Source: Acetofilamentum sp. (lineage in GTDB: Bacteria; Hydrothermota; 32-111). From it: a stretch of 64,000 nucleotides of DNA. A program made the position numbers and the translations under genes. The DNA is taken from contig DYMB01000006.1 of assembly GCA_020721805.1 (NCBI GenBank), forward strand, positions 24,688 through 88,687, read 5' to 3'. This document shows positions 55,383 to 64,000 of this stretch, piece after piece. Below the pieces are notes generated by a model. That model saw only the letters and a program-made list of their open reading frames with translations. It was not told the DNA's origin and did not search any database. Within the stretch, counting starts at the first letter, position 1; every line of letters starts with the position of its first letter.

Positions 55383-56846
55383 GATTTCAACGATATCAGG
55401 GTCGTATATTATACCGGTATTTTCTTTGAAGATCCCATATATGTGTTTTTCAGTTAATTTGAATATATCTTTGAAAGCACAGTATTCGGATGTGATTCTG
55501 ATGATTCTTGAACCAACAGGTATCTTTTTTCCAACCAGTTTGTTTGGTCCTGTCCCATCATAATTTTCAAAAAGAAATTTTATTATCTTCTGGGAATCAA
55601 CAAGCATAACGAGAGGTGCTATGATATCGGCTCCAGAAATTATAGCATCCCTTATCTGAATAAATTTTTCTTTATCAAAATAACTTGAAGCGTTGAGAAG
55701 AGCCGTCGATTTATTTAACAATCCAAGAAGATGAAGTAATGCCGCATACTGGATATCCCTTATCTGTTCATCAGAAAGTTCCATCTTCCTTGCTATCTTC
55801 ACAGATAATGCTGAAACTTTTTCACTGTGTTTTTTTAAACCAGGTTGAATTCTCTCTTCAAGGTATAAAAAGGCTATCAACGATTCAAGATAACTCCTTC
55901 TCGAATCCTCAAAAAACTTTGCAGAAACGAGAGAGTTTGTTAAAACGAGTCTCGCTATTTCGAATAAAATTATTTTTTCATCCTTAACCTTCTCAACTTC
56001 CATATCCAGAATGAAGAGTCCGATTATAAGGCTACCTATAAAGATTGGTAGCACAACGGTTTTATTATTTTCCATACCTTTAATTGAATTTTCAACCTGA
56101 ATTTTCGAAGTTTTAAAATACTTGCTAAACTCGTTTTTATTTATTTTTGTTCCAAATAAGAACTCTTTTTCAAAATTCTTTTCCTTCCAGACTTGGAAAT
56201 CACTACTCTTTCCATCATACAAAAATAAAACTATAGAAAATGGATTAAATATCCTATCAAGTTGTTCAAAAACATTTGTACAGGTTGATTCAAAAGATTT
56301 TATAACAGAGATCATTTCAGAAAAAGTTCTTAATTTTTCTATATTTAAAAGTATATCTTTCAGATAATTATCCAGTTTTTCCTTTTGTTGACTGACAAGT
56401 TCATTGGTTTTCATAAGATCTTCATTCATTTTCTGAATATCGTTGTTAAGTCTTTCTTTATCAAGAAGCAATTGTCTCTTCTCATAGGCATTTCTTATAA
56501 CAAGTAGCATGGTATCGGTAGTAAAAGGTTTTGATACAAAATCGTATGCGCCACTTCTTATACATGTCATTGCAAGATTTATATCTATAGTTGCTGAAAT
56601 AACTATTATTGGTGAAAAAGGATTCTTTTGTGAATAATTCGCTATAAAGTCAAAAACATCTATACCGGGTAATAAAAAATCTATTATCACCATTGAATAT
56701 TGTCCAGAATCAAGTAGATTTTTTAATTCTTTACCATCGGTTGCCACATCCACTTCAATATTTTCTCTTTTTTCGTATTCTATTATCTTTTTAAGAAAAT
56801 TGGCAACTGCCACCTCATTGTCGGCAATAATAATCCTTTCTTTCAT
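55356..56846 (-). CDS. Response regulator: REC + coiled coil + GAF-like + degenerate HD-GYP domain
   Basis: REC (IADNE, IIDFLLP, FVSKPF); HSEKVSALS...AALLHLLG, ENYDGTGP..LVGKKIPVGSRII, YDPDIV. Confidence 0.82.
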   Translation of the reverse strand: MKERIIIADNEVAVANFLKKIIEYEKRENIEVDVATDGKELKNLLDSGQYSMVIIDFLLPGIDVFDFIANYSQKNPFSPIIVISATIDINLAMTCIRSGAYDFVSKPFTTDTMLLVIRNAYEKRQLLLDKERLNNDIQKMNEDLMKTNELVSQQKEKLDNYLKDILLNIEKLRTFSEMISVIKSFESTCTNVFEQLDRIFNPFSIVLFLYDGKSSDFQVWKEKNFEKEFLFGTKINKNEFSKYFKTSKIQVENSIKGMENNKTVVLPIFIGSLIIGLFILDMEVEKVKDEKIILFEIARLVLTNSLVSAKFFEDSRRSYLESLIAFLYLEERIQPGLKKHSEKVSALSVKIARKMELSDEQIRDIQYAALLHLLGLLNKSTALLNASSYFDKEKFIQIRDAIISGADIIAPLVMLVDSQKIIKFLFENYDGTGPNKLVGKKIPVGSRIIRITSEYCAFKDIFKLTEKHIYGIFKENTGIIYDPDIVEILMSIVKNS

Positions 56847-56847
56847 T

Positions 56848-59800
56848 CTATTTCCTTATTGGCAATTTGATAACAAAGGAAACGCCATTTTCTCTGTTAA
56901 CCGCCTTTATCAAACCATTATGTTCCTTAATAATATTATAAGATATTGCCAATCCAAGTCCCGTTCCTCCACTTTTTGTTGTAAAGAATGGTGTAAAAAT
57001 TTTTGAAAGATTCTCTTCAGGTATTTTTGGACCATCATTAAAAATATCTATAACCATATACTCTTCTTCTTTTCCAACCGATATTTTTATCAAACCATTC
57101 TTACCGATCGATTGGATAGCATTTATCAAAATATTTATAAAAACCTCTATCATCTGTTCTTCGTCAAGTAAAACCGAAGGAAGATCTTTGTCTATGTTTA
57201 TTTCAAATTTTATATTGTTTTCTTCAAATCTATTTTTTATCATTTCCATTGAGTGTTCCACTACATTAAAAATGTTAACCTGGGTAAGTAATATTGTTTT
57301 TGCTTTAGCAAAAGAGGTCATATCGTTTACAAGTCTATCAAGTCTTTTAACCTCCTTTATCACAAGATCCAGTGATTCAACTACGATAGGATCGTTTTTT
57401 AATTTCATCTTCAAAAATTCCATTCCGGTCAGAATACCCGAGAGTGGATTCTTTATCTCATGTGCCATACCTGCAGCCATCTGACCAAGTAAGGCGAGAT
57501 TCTCTTTTGCTTTTAACTCGTTCTGAATTTTTTTAATTTCCGAAAGATCCTGTATTATACATACCAATTCAAGATCTTCCTGGTATTTTATAGGAGTTAT
57601 ACTTATACCACATGGGATCTCTCCCCTCTTTTTATTTATAAGATATATCTCATCCCTGAAAACAGGCTTTTGATCGTTTATAATATTTTTTATCAGTTGG
57701 TTATGATCTTTAAAAACTTCCTCATACATTTTTCCATATACATCCTCTTTTGTAAAATCACCTATTTTTAAAAAGGAATTATTATAATGTATTATTCTTC
57801 CAAACCTATCTATGTATGCAACACCTGAAGGAATGTTGTTAAGGATAAGATCGGATATCTGCAAATCTTTTATAGATCCTTGAAATCTCGATAAGGCTAT
57901 TATGGCACTATTTGAAAGGGTTTTTAGGAACTGTTCATCAAATTCTGAAAATTGACCAGATTTTTTATTATCCACTGCCAGAACACCTATGGTTTTACCA
58001 AGAAATTTTAAAGGAACATTGATCGTATTTTTTATTTTATAAATTTTATTAAGAGATTCGATTGGTTTGAAATTGGGATCATTTTGAGTATTGTTAATTA
58101 TTATAGGTGAACCTGTTTTAAAAACATTTTCAGCAACAGTTTTAGATAGATCCTTAATCTTTTCTAAAATTTCAATGTCAACACCAATCGATGCTTTAAA
58201 TTTTAATTTTTCGTTCTCTTCCAACATAAGGGTTGCGTATGTCCCATCGACTATATCAATGGCAGATTTAAGAAGTGAATTAAAGTACTCATCTATATCC
58301 TTAATGTATATCAACTTTTCAGTTAAATCACTGATAATATTATACTGCTTCAATTTTCTTTCATTCTCTTCGAAAAGCAAAGCGTTTTCGAATTTGATAT
58401 AAATTTCCTGAATTATAGCGTTAAAGGTGTAATCATAGATTTTTGTTTTTAAATCGTTATCAGTAAAAACCAATATTAGAAATTGATCTTTTTCGTTTAA
58501 AAAAATTGGTAGAACAGTTAAATATCTATATGGATTTTTAAAAAATTCTCTTGAAAGTTCATAACTGTTTCTAAAATGGCTTACCAATCCTTTATCAATT
58601 TCATGGGGAAATCTATAAATATTTTTTTTTAAAAGATTCTCTTTGGTATTTTCATTCTCAAAATAGAACTCTTTCAAAACATATCCACCATCAATTTTTT
58701 CCAGAAGTAGAGTTGCTTTAGATTTTAATAAACTTCCAAGTGTGGTAGTAACGATTTTAGAAATGAATGAAATATTTAAAGAATTTCTCAAACTTATAAA
58801 TATTTTATAAAGCAATGTCAGCTGTTCGATCTTGTTATCCGAATCCATCTGTAGTATGAGAGACTTTACAAAACTCGATGTATTGTTGGCAATTATCTTT
58901 ACAAATTCAAAATCTTTCTCTTCAAACGGTAGCCTTCCAAATCTGGTCAACATAAGAATACCAACAAGTTCATCCCTGTAGATTATTGGAACACAGATGG
59001 CAGACTGCTCTTTCTTTCTAAATCCTTTGGTATATTCAAGATAGGGAAAGTCAAGAACATTTTTAAGTAATAGAGGCTCCTTCGTTTTGGCAACCGTTCC
59101 TGATATACCCTTGCCGAATTCAAACTCTTTTTCCATCAATTCCTTTTGATCGATTCCCACCGCAGAAACAGCTCGAAGTTTCTCCTCATCGGTTCTTACA
59201 AGTATAAAACCCCTGTCAGCTTTTACTTCATCCATCAAAAGTTTTGTGAGTTTTTTAAAACCTTTATAATAATCTTTATCCAGAGATAACATTTTGGAAA
59301 CTTTTAAAATTGTTTCCAATTTTTTTAGTGTCTCATTTTTTTCTTCATTTATATATGATTTTTCAAAAATGTTACCAGCCGACTTAAAAAAGGTTTCAAT
59401 AAAATCTTTTTTTATTCTGTCATTTTTAATTTCCCGGGTAAATTCGATAACGACTTTTCCATAAATTTTTCCACTATTAGATATCGGAATATAAACGACA
59501 CTTTTAATTCTCTTTTTTAAAATCAGATCTTTTATTTCCTTATTCGTTAGATATAAAATATTTTGATCATCCAATTTTTTAAAATACTCTGTAAGTCCAA
59601 TCTGCCCCTTTTTCAAAATCTGATTCTTTGGATCGAATTTAAAAGTATTGTTTGTGTTGGAATCTATATAATAGAGTGCATCGGAATTTAAATTTTTATG
59701 GAGGTATTTTAAAACATTCAAAATGAGGGAAGATTTTTCAATATCCGTTGAAAACAATTTGTTAAGTTCGTTCACTATCTCATTCTTTTTTTGAAACAGA

Positions 59801-60795
59801 TTAAACTCATCCTCTAAAATCTTTTTTTCGGTAATATCCTCTATCAAAACAACAACACCAACACATCTACCATTTTCTATTAGAGGATATCCATAAAGAT
59901 TCTGCACAAGTTCCTTTTTCAAACGGTTGGAATATCTCTTCAGATTTAAAATCTTTTTTGTCTTCTTGGTTGCAATTATTTCTGCAAGAACTTTGTCAAG
60001 ATTATAGTTTAAAAAATCCGGGAAAAGATGAAAAATATTTTTCCCTATCATTTCAGAGTTGTTAAATTTATATTTTTCGGTTGTAAACTTGTTGAACTTT
60101 ATAATATTTCCCTCTTTATCGAGAACTATGATTCCCTGTGCGATAGCATCAAAAACCAGATTTTGAATTCTTTTTAAACCTTCTATTTCCTTTGCCCATA
60201 TTTCCTTTTCCTTCAAATCGGTTATTATCACTATAGAATACTCTTCAAATGGAAAAATATTTAATTTCACACTCAAAGTATTCCCATTTATATCATACAT
60301 CTCAACATGTAATTCCTGCCTTGTTCTGCTTTTCAATGAACCTATAACTCTTTCAAGATACTCGGGTAAAATAAATTCACTAAAATATGTTATTCTCCCC
60401 AGATAGGTTTCACTGAATTTAATGTTGAAATTTTGATTGGAAAGAATAATTTTATAGTTACCATCAAGAAAACAAACTGAAGAATCTACACTATCTATCA
60501 ATTCCGAAATTAAATATATATCCATCAAAGAGTCTGGATTTGTTGAGGATTTAAAAAAAATTACCAACTTTTCGTAGTTTGGTATATTAAAAAACCAGAA
60601 TCCATTGTAAGAATCAATATAAAATCTGTTTTTTTTTAAATTATCACTTTTCAAAAAAGAATTTAAATCAAGAGTCACATTTAAAAAATTTTCTTTTTTA
60701 TAATCCGATAATATTTTTCCACCGTATGTTATAAGTATATATGGGATTTTTTTTAACTTGATAAATTCAATAAAAGTGGTTAAAATACCTCTCAT
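56848..60795 (-). CDS. Cytoplasmic multi-PAS/GAF sensor histidine kinase (NtrB-like transmitter)
   Basis: AAGMAHEIKNPL H-box, NILINAIQ, IFTPFFTTK, GTGLGL; several PAS and GAF-like repeats; no TM. Confidence 0.92.
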   Translation of the reverse strand: MRGILTTFIEFIKLKKIPYILITYGGKILSDYKKENFLNVTLDLNSFLKSDNLKKNRFYIDSYNGFWFFNIPNYEKLVIFFKSSTNPDSLMDIYLISELIDSVDSSVCFLDGNYKIILSNQNFNIKFSETYLGRITYFSEFILPEYLERVIGSLKSRTRQELHVEMYDINGNTLSVKLNIFPFEEYSIVIITDLKEKEIWAKEIEGLKRIQNLVFDAIAQGIIVLDKEGNIIKFNKFTTEKYKFNNSEMIGKNIFHLFPDFLNYNLDKVLAEIIATKKTKKILNLKRYSNRLKKELVQNLYGYPLIENGRCVGVVVLIEDITEKKILEDEFNLFQKKNEIVNELNKLFSTDIEKSSLILNVLKYLHKNLNSDALYYIDSNTNNTFKFDPKNQILKKGQIGLTEYFKKLDDQNILYLTNKEIKDLILKKRIKSVVYIPISNSGKIYGKVVIEFTREIKNDRIKKDFIETFFKSAGNIFEKSYINEEKNETLKKLETILKVSKMLSLDKDYYKGFKKLTKLLMDEVKADRGFILVRTDEEKLRAVSAVGIDQKELMEKEFEFGKGISGTVAKTKEPLLLKNVLDFPYLEYTKGFRKKEQSAICVPIIYRDELVGILMLTRFGRLPFEEKDFEFVKIIANNTSSFVKSLILQMDSDNKIEQLTLLYKIFISLRNSLNISFISKIVTTTLGSLLKSKATLLLEKIDGGYVLKEFYFENENTKENLLKKNIYRFPHEIDKGLVSHFRNSYELSREFFKNPYRYLTVLPIFLNEKDQFLILVFTDNDLKTKIYDYTFNAIIQEIYIKFENALLFEENERKLKQYNIISDLTEKLIYIKDIDEYFNSLLKSAIDIVDGTYATLMLEENEKLKFKASIGVDIEILEKIKDLSKTVAENVFKTGSPIIINNTQNDPNFKPIESLNKIYKIKNTINVPLKFLGKTIGVLAVDNKKSGQFSEFDEQFLKTLSNSAIIALSRFQGSIKDLQISDLILNNIPSGVAYIDRFGRIIHYNNSFLKIGDFTKEDVYGKMYEEVFKDHNQLIKNIINDQKPVFRDEIYLINKKRGEIPCGISITPIKYQEDLELVCIIQDLSEIKKIQNELKAKENLALLGQMAAGMAHEIKNPLSGILTGMEFLKMKLKNDPIVVESLDLVIKEVKRLDRLVNDMTSFAKAKTILLTQVNIFNVVEHSMEMIKNRFEENNIKFEINIDKDLPSVLLDEEQMIEVFINILINAIQSIGKNGLIKISVGKEEEYMVIDIFNDGPKIPEENLSKIFTPFFTTKSGGTGLGLAISYNIIKEHNGLIKAVNRENGVSFVIKLPIRK

Positions 60796-60802
60796 ATTAT
60801 CA

Positions 60803-61060
60803 CTATCTATTGATCAATTTTTCAAGATGCTTTTTTGCATCTTCATTGTTCTTATCCAGTTCTAAAACCTTTTTAAAAAAATCCCTCGCTTTATCAAATT
60901 CGTTCACACTTTCATATAAGATGGCAAGGTTATAGAGTAAGTCAACATCATCAGGGAAGTTTATGATCTCTTTTTTTAGTATCTTTATAGCTTTTTTATA
61001 TTTTTGATTCTGGAAATAAAAATATACTGCTTCAAGAATCTTTTCTTTTTCGTTTTCCAT
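60803..61060 (-). CDS. Small TPR protein
   Basis: Two TPR motifs (LLYNLAILYE...KARDFFKKVLELDKNN). Confidence 0.8.
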   Translation of the reverse strand: MENEKEKILEAVYFYFQNQKYKKAIKILKKEIINFPDDVDLLYNLAILYESVNEFDKARDFFKKVLELDKNNEDAKKHLEKLINR

Positions 61061-61072
61061 TTTAATATAATA

Positions 61073-61771
61073 TTATAATTTCTCAATCTTTTCAAGATGT
61101 TCTTTTAAACCTAAAATTACGAGTATATCCCCCTCTATTATTCTTTCCTTTGGTGAAGGTGATATGATGGTTGTCTGTTCAAAGTTAAGTTTAAAATCTT
61201 CACCTTCGGTTGGCTGGTTTCTTTTGATCGCAATAATGTTTATGTCGAACCTTTTTCTTATATCTATCTCCTCTATCGTTTTCCCAAGAAAAGGTTCGGG
61301 TGCTTTTATTTCAACAAGATTATAAGTGGGTGAAAGTTCTATTATATCGAAAATTGAAGGGGTGATGAGTGTACTTGCAAGATGTTCTGCACTTTCGATT
61401 TCGGTATATATTATCCTATCGACACCAACCTTTTCAAGTACCTTTCCATGTTTTACATCATTTGCTTTAGCAATAACGAGTTTTATCTTTAATTCCTCTT
61501 TTAAAAAAGAACTTAAAAGTATACTAGTAGCAAGTTCTTTTATAGCAATTATAACAATATCCACATCTGTAAATCCTATCTCTTTTAAACTTTTTTCATC
61601 AAGCGCATTCAACTGTATAGCATGTGTTACTTTATTTGATATATCATCAATTTTGTTTTCATCTTTATCTATAGCCATAACTTCATAACCCTTTTCAGAA
61701 AGTTTCGTTGCTACCGTATAACCAAAACTTCCAAGTCCTATTACTGCAAAAACCTTTTTATTTTCCATCAT
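61073..61771 (-). CDS. ktrA: Ktr/Trk potassium uptake system, RCK subunit
   Basis: VIGLGSFG Rossmann motif, C-terminal TrkA-C domain. Confidence 0.92.
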   Translation of the reverse strand: MMENKKVFAVIGLGSFGYTVATKLSEKGYEVMAIDKDENKIDDISNKVTHAIQLNALDEKSLKEIGFTDVDIVIIAIKELATSILLSSFLKEELKIKLVIAKANDVKHGKVLEKVGVDRIIYTEIESAEHLASTLITPSIFDIIELSPTYNLVEIKAPEPFLGKTIEEIDIRKRFDINIIAIKRNQPTEGEDFKLNFEQTTIISPSPKERIIEGDILVILGLKEHLEKIEKL

Positions 61772-61776
61772 ACCTC

Positions 61777-63168
61777 CTATCCCACAATGACTTTTGTTTT
61801 GGAATAAAGAAAATGTTCTTTTCTATCTGCTGTAAGAAAAATGTTTATCGCTGTTAATATACCAACTCTTCCAATAAGCATTAAAAAAATTATTATAGCC
61901 TTTCCATACACTGTAAAATTTGCAGAGAGAGAAACATTTTTTAATTCACCACCCATAGAGAGACCGACCGTTCCATAGGCTGAAAAAACTTCAAAAATCA
62001 TTTTGAAAGGATTTTGATCTTCAGTTATTAAAAGTATAAAAATTGATAAAGTCAAAATCAAAATGGAAATGTTAAAAATAAAGTGTGATTTTTTTATCGC
62101 ATCCTGATCGACTCTTTTTTTAAAAATATTTAAATTTTCTCTTCCCTTTAAACTGTTTATAATATGAGAGATTAAAATATAGAATGTTGTTGTTTTTATT
62201 CCACCGGCTGTTCCTCCGGGAGAACCTCCAATAAACATAAGAATTATTATAAAAAAAATTGTTTTGTTATGTAATATACCAAAATCGATCGAGTTAAACC
62301 CTGCTGTTCTCGGAGTTATAACTTGAAAATAAGAGTTGAAAATTTTATCCACAATCGAAAATTCAGAAAGAGAGTTATTATTTTCAAAAAGTATAAAGAG
62401 TATCAATGGAACAATTATTAAAATTGAGGTCATTATAATAACGACCTTTGAATGTGTCTGAATCCTTTTTATGGAAAATAGATTCATTTTTATATCCCTT
62501 AAGGTTACAAATCCAAGTCCACCGATAACTATAAGCATCGAGAAGATAAAAAGTATCACGGGATCCTTTCTAAAATTGTAAAGGTTTGTTGAAAAAGATG
62601 AAAAACCAGCATTACAGAATGCCGAAACAGAGTGGAATATAGAATAAAAAATAGTTTTTAGAATATTTTCGCTTAAATTTTTAAACCTTAAAAACAAGAG
62701 AAAACCACCTATAAACTCAACTGAAAAAACGAATATGAATATTTTTATAATATAACTTCTTATCTGTTCACTTGAAAATTTTTGAAATTCCGAAAGTGTT
62801 TGAAACCTGATATTTGAATCGATCCTTTTTGTAATAGCGATTGTGAAAAAAGTCGCTATCATCATATAGCCGAAACCACCAATCTGGATTAGAAGAAGTA
62901 TAATGAGTTTTCCAAATGGAGAAAAAAATGTTGCAGTATCTTTTACTATGAGTCCTGTCACACAAACAGCAGAAGTTGCGGTAAAAAATGAATCGATAAA
63001 ATTCAAACTATTCTGTTCTTTAACAGATATGGGCAATAGCAAAAGAAGAGTTCCAGAAAAAATTATAACAAGATATCCAAAAACAATTATAAGTGAAGGA
63101 TTTACCTTTTTTACAATAAAATCGTTATCGAAATAATATTTTTGATGTTTCATAAATATCACCAACAA
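61777..63168 (-). CDS. ktrB: Ktr/Trk potassium uptake system, membrane subunit
   Basis: Four pore motifs: SAVCVTGL, SAFCNAGF, PRTAGF, SAYGTVGLS; exact start uncertain. Confidence 0.92.
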   Translation of the reverse strand: MLVIFMKHQKYYFDNDFIVKKVNPSLIIVFGYLVIIFSGTLLLLLPISVKEQNSLNFIDSFFTATSAVCVTGLIVKDTATFFSPFGKLIILLLIQIGGFGYMMIATFFTIAITKRIDSNIRFQTLSEFQKFSSEQIRSYIIKIFIFVFSVEFIGGFLLFLRFKNLSENILKTIFYSIFHSVSAFCNAGFSSFSTNLYNFRKDPVILFIFSMLIVIGGLGFVTLRDIKMNLFSIKRIQTHSKVVIIMTSILIIVPLILFILFENNNSLSEFSIVDKIFNSYFQVITPRTAGFNSIDFGILHNKTIFFIIILMFIGGSPGGTAGGIKTTTFYILISHIINSLKGRENLNIFKKRVDQDAIKKSHFIFNISILILTLSIFILLITEDQNPFKMIFEVFSAYGTVGLSMGGELKNVSLSANFTVYGKAIIIFLMLIGRVGILTAINIFLTADRKEHFLYSKTKVIVG

Positions 63169-64000
63169 AAAAGAAATTCAAATTTTTTTTTACATATTGA
63201 GGTATCATTGAAAAATAATTTTTATTTTTATCCGGGATAATTATATTTTTTATTCCATCGATCTGGGCAGCAACTATTTTTTCAAGTAATCCTCCAACGG
63301 GAAGAATCATTCCAGTTAAAGTTATCTCTCCAGTCATCGCAAAATCGGGACTTATAGGTTTTTCTCTTAAACTGGAAAGTATCGACATTGTGATAGTAAT
63401 ACCAGCAGAGGGTCCATCTTTTGGAATGGAACCTTCAGGGATATGAATATGTATATCATATTTTTTATAGAATTCATCATCTATACCAAAAAACTTATAA
63501 TTTTTTCTAAGAAAACTTATAGCTGTTTTTGCAGATTCTTTCATAACATCCCCAACCTGACTCGTGATCTGAATATTACCACTTCCTTTCAATAAAAGAG
63601 TCTCTATGGTTAGAACTTTTCCACCCAATGGAGTCCAGGCAAGACCATTTACAACTCCCGGAAATACTTTTTTGTTTTTTGTTCTTTCAAGATACAATTC
63701 GGGTCCAAGATATTTTAAAACTTCTTTTTCCCCGATTTTAAAATCTTTAATCTTTTGACCAAGGGCTATCTCTTTAGCCCTTTTCCCAATTATTGTCTGA
63801 ATATTTTTTTCCAATCCCCTTATACCAGGTTCAGGTGAATAATTCCTTATGATTTTTAAAATCCCATCATTTTTAAAATAGATCTGGTTAGCCTTTAATC
63901 CAGATTTTTTCATAATTTTGGGGATTAAAAATCTTTTTCCAATTTCAACTTTTTCATTTTCAAGATAACCTGAAATCTCAACTATTTCCATCCTGTCCCT
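63125..64000 (-). CDS. lon: ATP-dependent Lon protease (5' part outside the window)
   Basis: RDRMEIV at the window edge, GLAWTPLGG, PKDGPSAG (catalytic Ser), TGEITL.G.ILPVGGLLEK (catalytic Lys). Confidence 0.95.
   Translation of the reverse strand, partial: RDRMEIVEISGYLENEKVEIGKRFLIPKIMKKSGLKANQIYFKNDGILKIIRNYSPEPGIRGLEKNIQTIIGKRAKEIALGQKIKDFKIGEKEVLKYLGPELYLERTKNKKVFPGVVNGLAWTPLGGKVLTIETLLLKGSGNIQITSQVGDVMKESAKTAISFLRKNYKFFGIDDEFYKKYDIHIHIPEGSIPKDGPSAGITITMSILSSLREKPISPDFAMTGEITLTGMILPVGGLLEKIVAAQIDGIKNIIIPDKNKNYFSMIPQYVKKNLNFFFVGDIYETSKILFR

Noticed and set aside
529-63136. Numerous short plus-strand ORFs in the ORF track (e.g. 919-1305, 24805-25185, 44411-44974, 49393-49818)
   Set aside because: They lie antisense to well-supported genes, show Ser/Phe/Ile-rich shadow composition and have no recognisable motifs.
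63125-63991. Stand-alone truncated Lon (288 aa)
   Set aside because: The frame stays open to the window edge (RDRMEIV is an internal Lon motif), so the truncation is due to the window boundary.

Overview
AT-rich bacterial chromosomal window, almost entirely minus-strand and densely coding. The rplM-rpsI-rpsB-tsf-pyrH-frr order, an LpxH-like gene, ExbB/ExbD genes and a secreted S8 protease with a C-terminal sorting-type tail suggest a diderm, FCB-associated candidate lineage (TA06/WOR-3-like; inference). Housekeeping blocks: translation/MEP operon (18.8-26.4 kb), SRP RNA-dnaX-ybaB-recR, mltG-ruvX-birA-nadC, FMN riboswitch-controlled ribD-E-BA-H-nusB, lon-ktrB-ktrA. Two loci stand out. (1) 1.4-16.7 kb: a gcvPB-led apparent operon with an orphan GlmL-like (ASKHA) ATPase that has no B12 mutase partner, a hybrid/swivel-domain protein, a tandemly duplicated four-gene membrane module (DUF6754-like), a lipoate ligase and a DUF4388/Roadblock-like cassette. 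(2) 27.6-39.6 kb: a minimal chemosensory operon. Its receptor is a soluble protein with two MCP signalling domains fused to a family-5 solute-binding domain, followed by cheW-cheY-cheA-cheC, a 902-aa TPR protein, DUF4388-TPR and three Roadblock/MglB proteins, with no cheR/B/D or MglA. Also present: a very short SRP RNA, an A8 frameshift in a PEGA-like gene, and a degenerate HD-GYP regulator facing a GGDEF cyclase. No CRISPR array, tRNA, rRNA or mobile element was seen. Domain names come from motif recognition only; no searches were run.
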